A stretch of 64,000 nucleotides of DNA from a virus (IMGVR_UViG_3300046318_000318); one strand, 5' to 3'. Shown: positions 18,341 to 27,948, numbered from the stretch's first letter. Program-made: numbers and translations. The notes: a model not told the origin generated them from the sequence alone.

Positions 18341-18802
18341 TTAGGTTAAAAAACGTTTCCATTCATAAGGCATCCAGCATCTCTCTATGCCTTTAAACAT
18401 AGGAGCTATCTGCTCATGCTTATATCCAGCTAACCCTGTGCCTACCGCTGTGACAAAAAAAGTTTTGTCTTTGAGTATAGTGGTTACTATTCTAAAGGTC
18501 TCTACTCTTTTCTCTATTTCTTCTAGCGGTAGAGGTTGCAGCATATGTGACTTAGTAGGTAAGGCATAACAGTTACCCATTCTACCCTCACCTACACCGT
18601 AGATAGCTCCATAGTCTGTAGCAGCTTTAAGAGCAGCACCTTTACCATGTCTACCAGCTAGGTTAGAACCAAATACAAAAAGTATACTTGGGTAGAGGAT
18701 AATGTTGTTCTCAGGAAAGTAATATTTGACACCTTTTTCAATAGGTAGAAGTACAGTGTCATACTTCTTCATCATCTCAAAATCTATTTCAAAATTTGAC
18801 AT
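18341..18802 (-). CDS. Macro-domain-like protein (A1S_2505-type phage family)
   Basis: FVFGSNLAGRHGKGAA, YALPTK, FFVTAVGTGLAG motifs. Confidence 0.7.
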   Translation of the reverse strand: MSNFEIDFEMMKKYDTVLLPIEKGVKYYFPENNIILYPSILFVFGSNLAGRHGKGAALKAATDYGAIYGVGEGRMGNCYALPTKSHMLQPLPLEEIEKRVETFRIVTTILKDKTFFVTAVGTGLAGYKHEQIAPMFKGIERCWMPYEWKRFLT

Positions 18803-18838
18803 ATTTGTTTTCCATAATCAAAAAATGAAAGCTGTGAA

Positions 18839-18883
18839 TAAAAAAATAACACCCCCGGCCTGTGAGGGCTAGGGGTGTTATTT
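18839..18883. terminator. Intrinsic terminator, repeated family
   Basis: ATAACACCCCCGGCCTGTGAGGGCTAGGGGTGTTA, one base different from the 3161-3195 core. Confidence 0.85.
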
Positions 18884-18884
18884 A

Positions 18885-19283
18885 TCAAGCTTGATGTGTG
18901 ATCCAAGCTTGAAGAGCCTGACCCATGGCCAGCTCTTCAGCACGTCCTGATCTCACATCAGGGAACTTTACATGGACCATGAACCACTTGATCGTGGCTC
19001 CTTCGGGCAATGTGGTTGCCCCTTCGGGCAGTCGTGGTCCAGAATATTGACCAACAATGATTGTCTCATTGCTGGTCAGGTCCACGGTCACCCGTGCAGC
19101 GGGGATTTCCACCCCCAGCTGCTGAGAAAATACAGAAGCTGTGTCGGCATGACCGACACAGCTTTCCACCCCTACCTCCAAAAACTCCTTGACTTCAGCC
19201 GGAGTGATTTGGATCACTTTGATGTCGGCGATGAGCGCCGACACCATGTTGAGACTGAAAGCGTTGCAAATTTTAATTGCCAT
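18885..19283 (-). CDS. acrIII-1: DUF1874 / AcrIII-1-like ring nuclease (anti-type III CRISPR), STIV B116/YddF family
   Basis: NAFSLNM, VGHADTA (catalytic His), conserved Arg in ARV, and Q..GPRLPEG; order and spacing match SIRV1 gp29 as I recall it. Confidence 0.82.
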   Translation of the reverse strand: MAIKICNAFSLNMVSALIADIKVIQITPAEVKEFLEVGVESCVGHADTASVFSQQLGVEIPAARVTVDLTSNETIIVGQYSGPRLPEGATTLPEGATIKWFMVHVKFPDVRSGRAEELAMGQALQAWITHQA

Positions 19284-19366
19284 GAGTATCCCCTTAACCA
19301 GCAGTGTTACAGATGTGTAACTTAAACCACTAGCGATATCTCAAGTTAAGTTTATGTGATTGAAAT
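19281..19366 (-). promoter_or_regulatory. Conserved putative early promoter + hairpin leader + RBS, copy C
   Basis: TCACATAAA-CTTAAC-TTGA-GA-TATCG-CTAGTG-GTTTAA-[GTTACA-CATC-TGTAAC]-ACTGCTGGT-TAAGGGGATA-CTC-ATG. Confidence 0.7.
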
Positions 19367-19380
19367 ATTCTCTAAGGGAT

Positions 19381-19420
19381 ATAAGAGATATCCTACCCTT
19401 AAGGGTAGGATATCTCTTAT
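19381..19420. repeat. Perfect 40-bp palindrome at the end of the endolysin gene
   Basis: ATAAGAGATATCCTACCCTT-AAGGGTAGGATATCTCTTAT. Confidence 0.9.
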
Positions 19421-20106
19421 TCTTGAAAAGCTATTTTGTACTTAGGTAACTTAAGCTGTAGAACATCGTGTACGTGATGTCTATTGATATCGCAAGCAGA
19501 TCTTAATCCGTATAAAGCTTTCTTGCTTTTTAAACAATAGTTCTCTACGTTATTGAACCACTTGGTAGAATCACAACCCTTAGCCAATCCACAAGCTCTA
19601 CGCTCATTGAACAACCCACCGATACCGCCATTGTAAGCAGCATCAGCCATGGCTATACGATCCATGTTGTCAGGTATCATAGACAGCTTGTTAAAGTTAG
19701 TCTTAGTTAGCAACACCATAGCTCTGATCTGTAGATCAGGTCTTTGATATACGTTAGACCAACTCAGCTCTTTCAGATCACTATGTCTGGTTTTCATTTC
19801 TGATAACAGATCGAATCTGACAGATCCATCTTGATTATAGGCTTTGGTGATTTGGCCTAAACCTGCTCCTTCTTCTCTGTCTGTTTTAAGACGAGAAGCT
19901 GGATTCCAACATTTACTGTGCTTTAAGCTTATGCAGCTTTCATGTTCTATAAGAGCGCCGAAATATGCTTGAGGTTTAAATCCAGGCATATAAAGATTGG
20001 CTTGATCTTTTACAACAGGGAAATACTGTTTGGCTTGTTCAGGGATGTAAAGACTCTGAGAAAAGGCAAGGGCTGACGTCATGGTGAGAGTCAGCCCTAA
20101 TCCCAT
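19417..20106 (-). CDS. Endolysin, lytic transglycosylase (SLT-like) with signal-peptide-like N-terminus
   Basis: IEHES (catalytic Glu), GAGLGQIT, AAYNGG motifs. Start at 20106 forms a TGATG overlap with the upstream holin-like gene (ORF track gives 20148). Confidence 0.85.
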   Translation of the reverse strand: MGLGLTLTMTSALAFSQSLYIPEQAKQYFPVVKDQANLYMPGFKPQAYFGALIEHESCISLKHSKCWNPASRLKTDREEGAGLGQITKAYNQDGSVRFDLLSEMKTRHSDLKELSWSNVYQRPDLQIRAMVLLTKTNFNKLSMIPDNMDRIAMADAAYNGGIGGLFNERRACGLAKGCDSTKWFNNVENYCLKSKKALYGLRSACDINRHHVHDVLQLKLPKYKIAFQE

Positions 20107-20468
20107 CAGTGCACCGCTGCGAAGATAAGGATGGCGATAGCTAAACATACGACACTCATCGCTATAGCGATTTTACCAGATCCATCTGCTGTCGTGATAG
20201 CTTTCTTAAACACTCGCTCCATGTCGATATAATCGAAAAGAGCTTTGCGTGAAAGATGCAGGATGGCTACGTATACGATAACCTTGAGGGTAATTACGAT
20301 AGTAGCTAATGTAGACCCACCAAAAGGCAGGTTACCAAGGATACCCAGATCAGGATCTGTCAGCATCCAAATAGCTAATACCAGTAAAGAACCCACACCC
20401 ATGTAGTAATGACGAAAACGCATAGAAGGTTCCTTCTTGACTTTAGGTTTCTTAAATAAACCGATCAT
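20106..20468 (-). CDS. Putative holin (three predicted TM helices)
   Basis: Three hydrophobic stretches in 120 aa; translationally coupled to the endolysin. Confidence 0.6.
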   Translation of the reverse strand: MIGLFKKPKVKKEPSMRFRHYYMGVGSLLVLAIWMLTDPDLGILGNLPFGGSTLATIVITLKVIVYVAILHLSRKALFDYIDMERVFKKAITTADGSGKIAIAMSVVCLAIAILIFAAVH

Positions 20469-20477
20469 GCTCTAAAA

Positions 20478-21131
20478 TTAAGCTGCTTGGGTTGAATACT
20501 TCAGTTCAGGAAGCATGGTTGCAAACTCAAGCAGAGTCTTAGGCACAGGCTTAGCACCAGCACGCAACTCATTCTGCATAGTAATGCAGGTGGTCCACAT
20601 CAGATCACGAAGAACAATAAAGTCATTAGCCATACTTGCCCATTCTGGAACTGTAGAGTCTTTATAACTCACCAGAGAAATAACGCTGTCAAAACCGCTG
20701 GATTTGGCAAAGTCGTTCAGGATACCAGAAACATGCTTATCCACAGCAGTGGTCAATGCATCCATATAGCCTTCAGGAGCTGTAGAGATAAACTGATCAG
20801 CCACAGGGGCCACAGGAGAACCAGTGACAGGCAAAGCCATGCCAAAGCTGGTACCGTCCAAAGGACCTGGTATCCGATCACTGCGATTATACATCATGGA
20901 GAACAGATGTTCTAAACCATGATCCACCACGGTGTACTCCACAGCCACCGCATCACCAGCCAACTTCAAAGTCTCTTTGACGTATTGATAGATAGTGGTT
21001 ACAGGACGGACAGGTTTAACCACCTTTTTGTACCAGCTGAAAGGATGAGCGCGATTGCGGATGTGCATTTCATACACGGGGTACTCGATGATTTTGTCGT
21101 TATCGACACGAGCGTAAACGGTTTGTTCCAT
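20478..21131 (-). CDS. Putative tail fibre assembly chaperone
   Basis: Directly follows the fibre gene; LNDFAKSSGFDSVISLVSY...RDLMW resembles phage fibre-chaperone C-termini. Confidence 0.55.
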   Translation of the reverse strand: MEQTVYARVDNDKIIEYPVYEMHIRNRAHPFSWYKKVVKPVRPVTTIYQYVKETLKLAGDAVAVEYTVVDHGLEHLFSMMYNRSDRIPGPLDGTSFGMALPVTGSPVAPVADQFISTAPEGYMDALTTAVDKHVSGILNDFAKSSGFDSVISLVSYKDSTVPEWASMANDFIVLRDLMWTTCITMQNELRAGAKPVPKTLLEFATMLPELKYSTQAA

Positions 21132-21166
21132 TTGAAAATCCTTTTGGAGAAAGTTAAAGAGTTACT

Positions 21167-23125
21167 TTAAGCAAAGATATAGGCTTTGCTGTTTTTAGAC
21201 GCTATAGGTGCCACCACACTATCGCCTGAAAGAGAAACAGAAGTACCAAACTGTTTATTGGCAGCTTTGTCACTTGCAAATAAACGATTACGTTCTACCC
21301 AAGAAACTCCTACCTTACTAAAGATATAAGCTTCACCACATTCAAACATAGAAGGTATGCTTTGCTTAGGAGCACCAACAATCAAAACATTGCCTTCAAA
21401 GTTAGTCTTCATAGATAACCCAAACAGGTTACTCATCAGACCATCAGAAGCCTGTATCTTGTTAGACACGCTCCAACTAGAGCCAGATCTCACGTAGTTA
21501 TACACAGCACCAAATCTCAAAGGAGCTGAACTCTCAGTAAAGGGCTGGCCTGTTGCAGATACAAACATGCTGCTTCCATCACTGTTTATTTCTACGCACG
21601 AACCAAAACTTCCTCTGGAAATATTCTCAGCACCAGCAGGAGAAATTCTTTGCTCCAACAACCAGGACGAGGCACTAGCTACGTAGACATAAGCAGCGCC
21701 AGACTGTTGAATGCTATCGTTAGTTTCACCTGAAGATCCAAAGATGACTCTTAAACCATCGCCGGATACAGCAACTGATTGACCAGCTGAGAAAGGTGGG
21801 CTTGCGGCTATTACGCTATTAGGCAACAGTTTAATCTGTTCTTGCCAAGAAGAACCTGTGCGTTTGTACATAACGCAAGCGCCTATTTTCAAAGCACCTG
21901 AAGAAGTATGTGTTTGACCAGGCGCACCAGCTGCTAATACAGATCCATTTTCAGATAGATCTAAAGACCAACCAAAATAACTGCCTACCTGAGACTCACT
22001 AAAGGTTAACTTAGCTTGTTGGTTCCAGTTGGTTCCTGATCTTGCAAAGATGTAAACAGATCCACTGCTGTTATTGTCATAAGGACATCCCACAGCTATG
22101 GTGTTACCATCTCCGGAAATACCTACGGTGTGTCCAAACATATCGTAAGAACCACCGTCACCAGCCAATAACTTAGAAGACTGTATCCAGTTACTGCCAG
22201 ACTTGGTATAGATCAAAACAGCACCAGCGTCAAAACCATTACTGGTATCTGCAAAATTACCAAATACAACAGTATTACCATTGTCAGACACAGCAACGGA
22301 TACTCTGCTTCTATCTTCAGCCATGTAAGCTTGTATTTCTACAGTAGGTAGATAGCTGTCTTTGGTTCTGAATTGCACAGGTCTTGACCAAATGCTGTCT
22401 GTGTAACCAGAAGCTTTATATCTCACTCTTACCCAGAAGTCTGTGTTTGCTATTAAGCTTGCACTAAAACTGGTTAAGTTACTGTTAGAGTTGTAAGATG
22501 AAGCTACTATGTTAGCCAAACTAAAGTTAGAGTTCGTAGCCACTTCCCAATCAGATTGAGCATGTGTACCAGTGCCGCTATCTACTTCAAAAGGGGAAGA
22601 ATAGAATGTAACACCAGGACCTAAGCTACCAGTACCCATTTGAGGAGCCAATAGCTGGGGTTGTATAACTGCATTGCTACCACTGGCTTTAACAGTAACA
22701 TCTATAGCCCTACCGTTAATTAAAAAACCAGCTTGGCCCACTGCGCCAGGAGCTATATAAGTTATCTCACCTGGATTGGTAGTCGTATTTAAAGTCACAG
22801 TACCTGTAGGGGCTGTGACTGTATAGTCTTTATCACTGCTATAGTCTGTTATTAAGTAAGTATTGGTAGAAGAAATGACTACACTTCTTGGACCTTTAAC
22901 ACTTACAGATAACAAATAAAGAGGTAAAAGATGATTAGGTAAATTACCAGCGTTGTCCAAACGTATAGGTTTGTTGATGTTGTCTATTTCAGATAGAGGC
23001 ACACCACCCAGTTTGATCAACGCATTAGGAGCTGTAGATGCATCAGTACCACCTAAGTCGATACCTACTGTCACACCTGGATCAAAATCCAAACCAGCTC
23101 TTAAGATGCTGCGTTTCATTCCCAT
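21167..23125 (-). CDS. Tail fibre/adhesin with FN3-like domain and FG-GAP beta-propeller repeats
   Basis: About 6-7 repeats of FG..V.ISGDG...AVG....G.VYIF; SDWEV...WVRVRY FN3-like segment. Confidence 0.7.
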   Translation of the reverse strand: MGMKRSILRAGLDFDPGVTVGIDLGGTDASTAPNALIKLGGVPLSEIDNINKPIRLDNAGNLPNHLLPLYLLSVSVKGPRSVVISSTNTYLITDYSSDKDYTVTAPTGTVTLNTTTNPGEITYIAPGAVGQAGFLINGRAIDVTVKASGSNAVIQPQLLAPQMGTGSLGPGVTFYSSPFEVDSGTGTHAQSDWEVATNSNFSLANIVASSYNSNSNLTSFSASLIANTDFWVRVRYKASGYTDSIWSRPVQFRTKDSYLPTVEIQAYMAEDRSRVSVAVSDNGNTVVFGNFADTSNGFDAGAVLIYTKSGSNWIQSSKLLAGDGGSYDMFGHTVGISGDGNTIAVGCPYDNNSSGSVYIFARSGTNWNQQAKLTFSESQVGSYFGWSLDLSENGSVLAAGAPGQTHTSSGALKIGACVMYKRTGSSWQEQIKLLPNSVIAASPPFSAGQSVAVSGDGLRVIFGSSGETNDSIQQSGAAYVYVASASSWLLEQRISPAGAENISRGSFGSCVEINSDGSSMFVSATGQPFTESSAPLRFGAVYNYVRSGSSWSVSNKIQASDGLMSNLFGLSMKTNFEGNVLIVGAPKQSIPSMFECGEAYIFSKVGVSWVERNRLFASDKAANKQFGTSVSLSGDSVVAPIASKNSKAYIFA

Positions 23126-23135
23126 GACACTTACC

Positions 23136-24218
23136 TCAGTTAGACCATTCGTTATGACCGACGATAAACATCGTTTCAGGCGTAATGGCGATGTTGGGAC
23201 TCATCATACAACAAGCCATCATAGCTGCGATCTCATCTGTTTCAACAAAAGAACGCACTGTAATAGTGGTGGACTTAGCCAACACAGGTCCAGTAACACT
23301 TTGTTTACGCAATAAGATTCTGAACCTTTCTTCTTGTTCGCCTTCAAAACCAGGTCTTAAAGATACGTTAAAAGAAGCTCTGCCTGCTGTAATACCTAGA
23401 GGACCAGACAACATGTTAAAATCAGAAGCATCTGTCGTAACGTGTTCTATGGTCCAGAAGAGATTGGTACCGTCTGGTATGTTGGTACAAGAGATAGAAA
23501 CATTCAAGTTGTCATCATTAGACATTATAGTTTTACTATAAGTCCAAGTAACCCCATTGAAGTTAAGCTGATCTAAGGCAAACAACAATTTGTCAAACGT
23601 AACTACTTTTTCAACAGGCAAACTGTTTCTGATTTCTATTTCAGTCACAGCTTCATATCTGTTAGCCATCACCCAGTCTATCAATGCCTGGAATGCAGGT
23701 ACATCAGACAAAGTAATAGCGTTGCGTATGCGTTCAAGTGCTACAATAACAGGTTCAAATCCAACCACATCTTCCAGCATGTGTCTGTGAAGAGTTGGCG
23801 GGTATTCAAAAGGTTTATTTAAAACACTATCCCAAGGTACAGGACGATTGTCATTGATCAAAGTCTGATATAGACTCTCAACACCTTCAGCATTATGCTG
23901 AAACAATCCGCCTAGGACCTGGTAATTAATACGAACAGTAGAAGATACATCCGGTTTCTTAATGAGGATGACCTCACAAATTTCTTTACCGAATCTTAAC
24001 GTTGCTTCTTGCAACATCTGAACGCAGGAATAATCTACGTTCTTTACCAAAGGTGCGTTAGTAACAGTGTCTATAACGACCAACCCATCTGTATAGATAG
24101 GGCCGTAAGTAGGCACCACTGCTTTGACCTGTGTGTTGGCTAAAGTTTTAACTTCGCCAACGACCCTATTGTCTGGATTTAAACCAGTCGGGTCGAGAGG
24201 ATATCTTATCAGCGGCAT
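23136..24218 (-). CDS. Virion structural protein (phiKZ-like baseplate/fibre-attachment family)
   Basis: YPLDPTG.NPDN N-terminus typical of jumbo-phage structural proteins; Calx-beta-like C-terminal segment. Confidence 0.6.
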   Translation of the reverse strand: MPLIRYPLDPTGLNPDNRVVGEVKTLANTQVKAVVPTYGPIYTDGLVVIDTVTNAPLVKNVDYSCVQMLQEATLRFGKEICEVILIKKPDVSSTVRINYQVLGGLFQHNAEGVESLYQTLINDNRPVPWDSVLNKPFEYPPTLHRHMLEDVVGFEPVIVALERIRNAITLSDVPAFQALIDWVMANRYEAVTEIEIRNSLPVEKVVTFDKLLFALDQLNFNGVTWTYSKTIMSNDDNLNVSISCTNIPDGTNLFWTIEHVTTDASDFNMLSGPLGITAGRASFNVSLRPGFEGEQEERFRILLRKQSVTGPVLAKSTTITVRSFVETDEIAAMMACCMMSPNIAITPETMFIVGHNEWSN

Positions 24219-24286
24219 TGAATAACTCCGTTTGCTCTATGGCGACCATTCGATTTGTAGTTTAAACAGATCGTTTTACATCATAA

Positions 24287-24320
24287 GTTATAGAGTCGGT
24301 CCTAGGACCGACTCTATAAC
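24287..24320. repeat. Perfect 34-bp palindrome (terminator-like)
   Basis: GTTATAGAGTCGGTCCT-AGGACCGACTCTATAAC. Confidence 0.9.
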
Positions 24321-24328
24321 CATGACGA

Positions 24329-24847
24329 TTACTCTAATTCACTTTCGACAGCAGAAATCAAAAGACATGGATCGTATCTCCATGCATCTTTATAACCCAA
24401 CGCCATAGCGCAAATTTCAGAGCAAATAGTTTTACTCTTAGTATCACGCATCAGGAAGTTGATGTATCCAGATATCAATTTGTAATCATAACAAGATCCT
24501 TCATACTTACGAAATATTTCCGCAGCCGCGATAGGATTTTTACCTGATACATCTAAAATGATCCACTTAGACGGAGAAGGTTTGATTCGTTTGAATCTTA
24601 CACCACCAAACTTATTGGCTCGCCTGTTAGAGTAGAAAGGCATACGATCCATTCCACTACTAGAAGCACACCAATAACCATCTTCATTAGGTTCTAGATT
24701 ACCATCTGGCATGTATTGTTCTACACCGTCGCCTGGTTCAAACATAATCTCGGTATGAGAATATTTACCGTTTAAACGAAAGCGAATAAGTCTATCCACC
24801 AAACCAGATAGACCTTTGCCGGTGCCTTTAAATCCCAACAGTTTCAT
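24329..24847 (-). CDS. Permuted papain-like (NlpC/P60, YiiX-type) amidase/peptidase
   Basis: YSHTEI (His) precedes YDY and ICSEICA (Cys), the permuted order. Confidence 0.65.
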   Translation of the reverse strand: MKLLGFKGTGKGLSGLVDRLIRFRLNGKYSHTEIMFEPGDGVEQYMPDGNLEPNEDGYWCASSSGMDRMPFYSNRRANKFGGVRFKRIKPSPSKWIILDVSGKNPIAAAEIFRKYEGSCYDYKLISGYINFLMRDTKSKTICSEICAMALGYKDAWRYDPCLLISAVESELE

Positions 24848-24858
24848 TTAAGACTCAC

Positions 24859-27800
24859 TTATATAGATGCAGCTATAGCTACAGCTGTTTCAGCAGACGT
24901 CTTAGCACCCAACAAGTTATTCTCAGCTGTCAATCCGTTAGCTTGACTGAATGACCATACAGCAGCTGCAAAGTCATTGAGTGTATACACAGGTTGATTG
25001 TCGAGTTTATAGGTTCTCACAGACCTTGCTTTAAAGTCAATAGAACCGTTGGTCTCGTCATCAGGAGAGGCGTTGGGCTGGCCATCCACCACAGGCAGGG
25101 CATCTATACCAGCGCTTGTATAAGACAGAGAGCCTCTTCTGAATCTCCAGTTAGTAGGAAGAAGCAAATCGGTACCGTCAAATCTAAGCACTTCAGGGTA
25201 TCTCATACCCAAAGGAGTAGCTTGCCATTCAGCAATCACATCGTAAACATCTTCTGCGATAGCCTTACCATTACCGATATCGATACGTAAGTCTGTCGGA
25301 GAAAGAGTCACTAAGTGTTTGGTGGTGTTAGGACCTCGTCCAAAGACAGGTTGTCCAAAACCATCCTTATTTTCTTGCTGCGCTACAGGTATGCTGATCT
25401 CAACAAGGTTATCAAATACCAGAGAAAGTGTGTCGTAGCCTTTCTTGCGAATTTCTAATCTGCACTTCAGTCTGGCTTCATCATATTCGTAGACAAGTTT
25501 AGCACTTGTGGCTACGTTCTCCACTATAGTCAACGGTTGAGCACCAGGTGCTGCATTTTCATCAAAAACAGCCACTGTAGATCCAGCTACTAAACCCGAA
25601 AGAGTAAGTTCAGCTTCATCTAAAGGATACAGGGCTGCATTCTGTAAGGCAAGAGTAGTAGTTCCGTCTATACGGAATGCATCTAGTCTGTTTGTGAGGG
25701 CTGAAGTAACAGCAGCTATCTTAACAGAAAGCTTAAATCCATTTACTGGATCTATTGCTTCACTAGCCAGATTGGTAGGACTACAAGTTTTCCACACACC
25801 CGTAAAACCAGAACCTGTGTCTAAATCATACTCGTAAGAATGATTATTGACATTGATGCCTTGAGGAGTGCTGGAAGTCAATCCAGTCCATCCCAATATC
25901 TTCCAAGGCCATGTCCAGATGATAGAATCGCCCACAGTGTTCATAACCACGGCACCCTGGCTGGTAAATTCTGGCGTACCAGTAGCTACATAAGAACTAC
26001 CTGTATTGTTTGTCTTTTCGACAAATACCAAAGCAGCTCTGGCGGTGGTATCGCTTGTGAAGCTATCCCACATACAAGTACCGTAAACAGACAGATAAGA
26101 CATAGGTACACTACCGCCATTACCACGATTACCATGGTAATAAGATTCAAGCTGTTGAGGACCAATGGTCTTGGTTGCGTCTACTGTGTAGTTATTAACC
26201 ATCTCTAAGCCCTTGGTGGTGTTAGTACCACTAGAGATAGAGTTATTAAGAGCCGTTACCCAATTGCGTTTAACTTTAATGGTGTCGTTGTTACCACCAT
26301 CAGAAAAGATATACTTCATTAAGTTAATGGTACCGGCATTAAACGGTGCTGCTGCGGTGCCTGTATTTCTAAACTTAAGTTTCTTTCCACTGTTGGCAAA
26401 GAACAACCCGTTTAAAGGATGTGTATTAGGAGCATCTGGCCAGTTACATGTATTTGCAGAAACACAATCTTCACTCATGCCAGTGTATTCAATAGCATGT
26501 GTTGCTTGTGTTGTGCCTGTGGTGCCTAAAGGCACATCTGCATATGTGTGTTTAAGAATACGAAGCTTCTTACACGACATCACCAATATACGTTTAGTGG
26601 TAGTCAGAGCGTGTTCTATAAGTAGATCAGGACATGTGTTGATCTGAATAGCGCCGCTAATGGCAGTGGCCGGTCCTACGTTACCAGCTCTTACTTGTTT
26701 AAAGGTCCACTTACCATACAAGTTAACCAACACCATTGGGTAGCCACTTAAGCTGTTAGATTTCATTCTGAGAGCAGAAATGTTACCTACCTTACCACCG
26801 AAATAATTTTGCTGAAACAGAATACCGTAACCGTCAGCATATGTACCGCTGTAGTTACTAAGACCTTGATGAAGGTCGTCGATATCTGGCTCAGAATAGA
26901 TCTCCTGGATGACGGCTTGATCGGCGCAGTGTATGTGCCGCATGTAACAAGTATATGCCTGAGCCACTGTCCAAAACCAATCGCCAGTTACCCATTCAGC
27001 AGTCAAATTACCAGCACTTGTAAAGATACTCTTATATCTTTGCGACATGTTGGTGTCGGGTAATTTATTAACATTAAACGCTGTGTTGTTACTGGTTTGT
27101 GTGATAATAGTAGGTATTCTGATTTTACAACCGGACAATGGCATATGACCACACGGTTGGCCATCCAAACCCATACCTATAGTTAACACACCTGTATTAG
27201 AGATATGTACGTTGTTACATCTAGAATCTAAAGAATGATTAGCAGATGTGAAACTATTAGCAGCATTGGGCCAGAACGTGTAAGTATCACTTCCTGGGCT
27301 ATCTTCTATTTCTACGCCAGGATAGGCTATTATAGATTCAGCCACTATGTATGGCAACTGATGAGTTTGACCTCTGGAACCTGTGGTTAAACCTATTTCA
27401 AAAGGGTGTCCTTTAAAGACACAAGTACCTAACCTAGGATGGCTATGGCCTTTTTGCTCAACACCTGTAATAAAGATCCAGCCTTGCTCATCAGCAGCTA
27501 TGGCATTGCATCCGATGCCTGAAATAGAACCAGCTGTAAAATCACCACTGATTTTTCTTACTTTCAGATAACCAGATGTTGGCATGGGTTGACCAGGGGT
27601 ATAAACTATTCCTCCAGTCCTGGCTGACATCACTAATAGTAACTGCCCGTCTGCACCAGCTTGAGACAATGTAGTTTCATATGCAGGTACAGTGCCAGAC
27701 CCACCGTTGAAAGGTATGAGTCTGCACTGAGTAGTATCTACTCTAAAGTTACCAGCCAAAGAAGCTGACACTGTGATGCTTCCAAAAGGACAAGTGTTAC

Positions 27801-27942
27801 CGCCTGTACTTAAAGAGTTTTTACCGTAACGAGTATCGCTATCTAACAACAACGTACCGCCGTTGATGTTATATGTATCGTTACCTGTTTTCAACGTAAG
27901 ATCGGTAAAGTTCTTAGCGTCTGTGATGGTATATGTAGTCAT
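24859..27942 (-). CDS. Large tail spike/fibre protein with probable beta-helix
   Basis: 1027 aa, Thr/Gly/Asn-rich with alternating beta pattern; lies in the fibre module. Confidence 0.55.
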   Translation of the reverse strand: MTTYTITDAKNFTDLTLKTGNDTYNINGGTLLLDSDTRYGKNSLSTGGNTCPFGSITVSASLAGNFRVDTTQCRLIPFNGGSGTVPAYETTLSQAGADGQLLLVMSARTGGIVYTPGQPMPTSGYLKVRKISGDFTAGSISGIGCNAIAADEQGWIFITGVEQKGHSHPRLGTCVFKGHPFEIGLTTGSRGQTHQLPYIVAESIIAYPGVEIEDSPGSDTYTFWPNAANSFTSANHSLDSRCNNVHISNTGVLTIGMGLDGQPCGHMPLSGCKIRIPTIITQTSNNTAFNVNKLPDTNMSQRYKSIFTSAGNLTAEWVTGDWFWTVAQAYTCYMRHIHCADQAVIQEIYSEPDIDDLHQGLSNYSGTYADGYGILFQQNYFGGKVGNISALRMKSNSLSGYPMVLVNLYGKWTFKQVRAGNVGPATAISGAIQINTCPDLLIEHALTTTKRILVMSCKKLRILKHTYADVPLGTTGTTQATHAIEYTGMSEDCVSANTCNWPDAPNTHPLNGLFFANSGKKLKFRNTGTAAAPFNAGTINLMKYIFSDGGNNDTIKVKRNWVTALNNSISSGTNTTKGLEMVNNYTVDATKTIGPQQLESYYHGNRGNGGSVPMSYLSVYGTCMWDSFTSDTTARAALVFVEKTNNTGSSYVATGTPEFTSQGAVVMNTVGDSIIWTWPWKILGWTGLTSSTPQGINVNNHSYEYDLDTGSGFTGVWKTCSPTNLASEAIDPVNGFKLSVKIAAVTSALTNRLDAFRIDGTTTLALQNAALYPLDEAELTLSGLVAGSTVAVFDENAAPGAQPLTIVENVATSAKLVYEYDEARLKCRLEIRKKGYDTLSLVFDNLVEISIPVAQQENKDGFGQPVFGRGPNTTKHLVTLSPTDLRIDIGNGKAIAEDVYDVIAEWQATPLGMRYPEVLRFDGTDLLLPTNWRFRRGSLSYTSAGIDALPVVDGQPNASPDDETNGSIDFKARSVRTYKLDNQPVYTLNDFAAAVWSFSQANGLTAENNLLGAKTSAETAVAIAASI

Positions 27943-27948
27943 GTGCTA

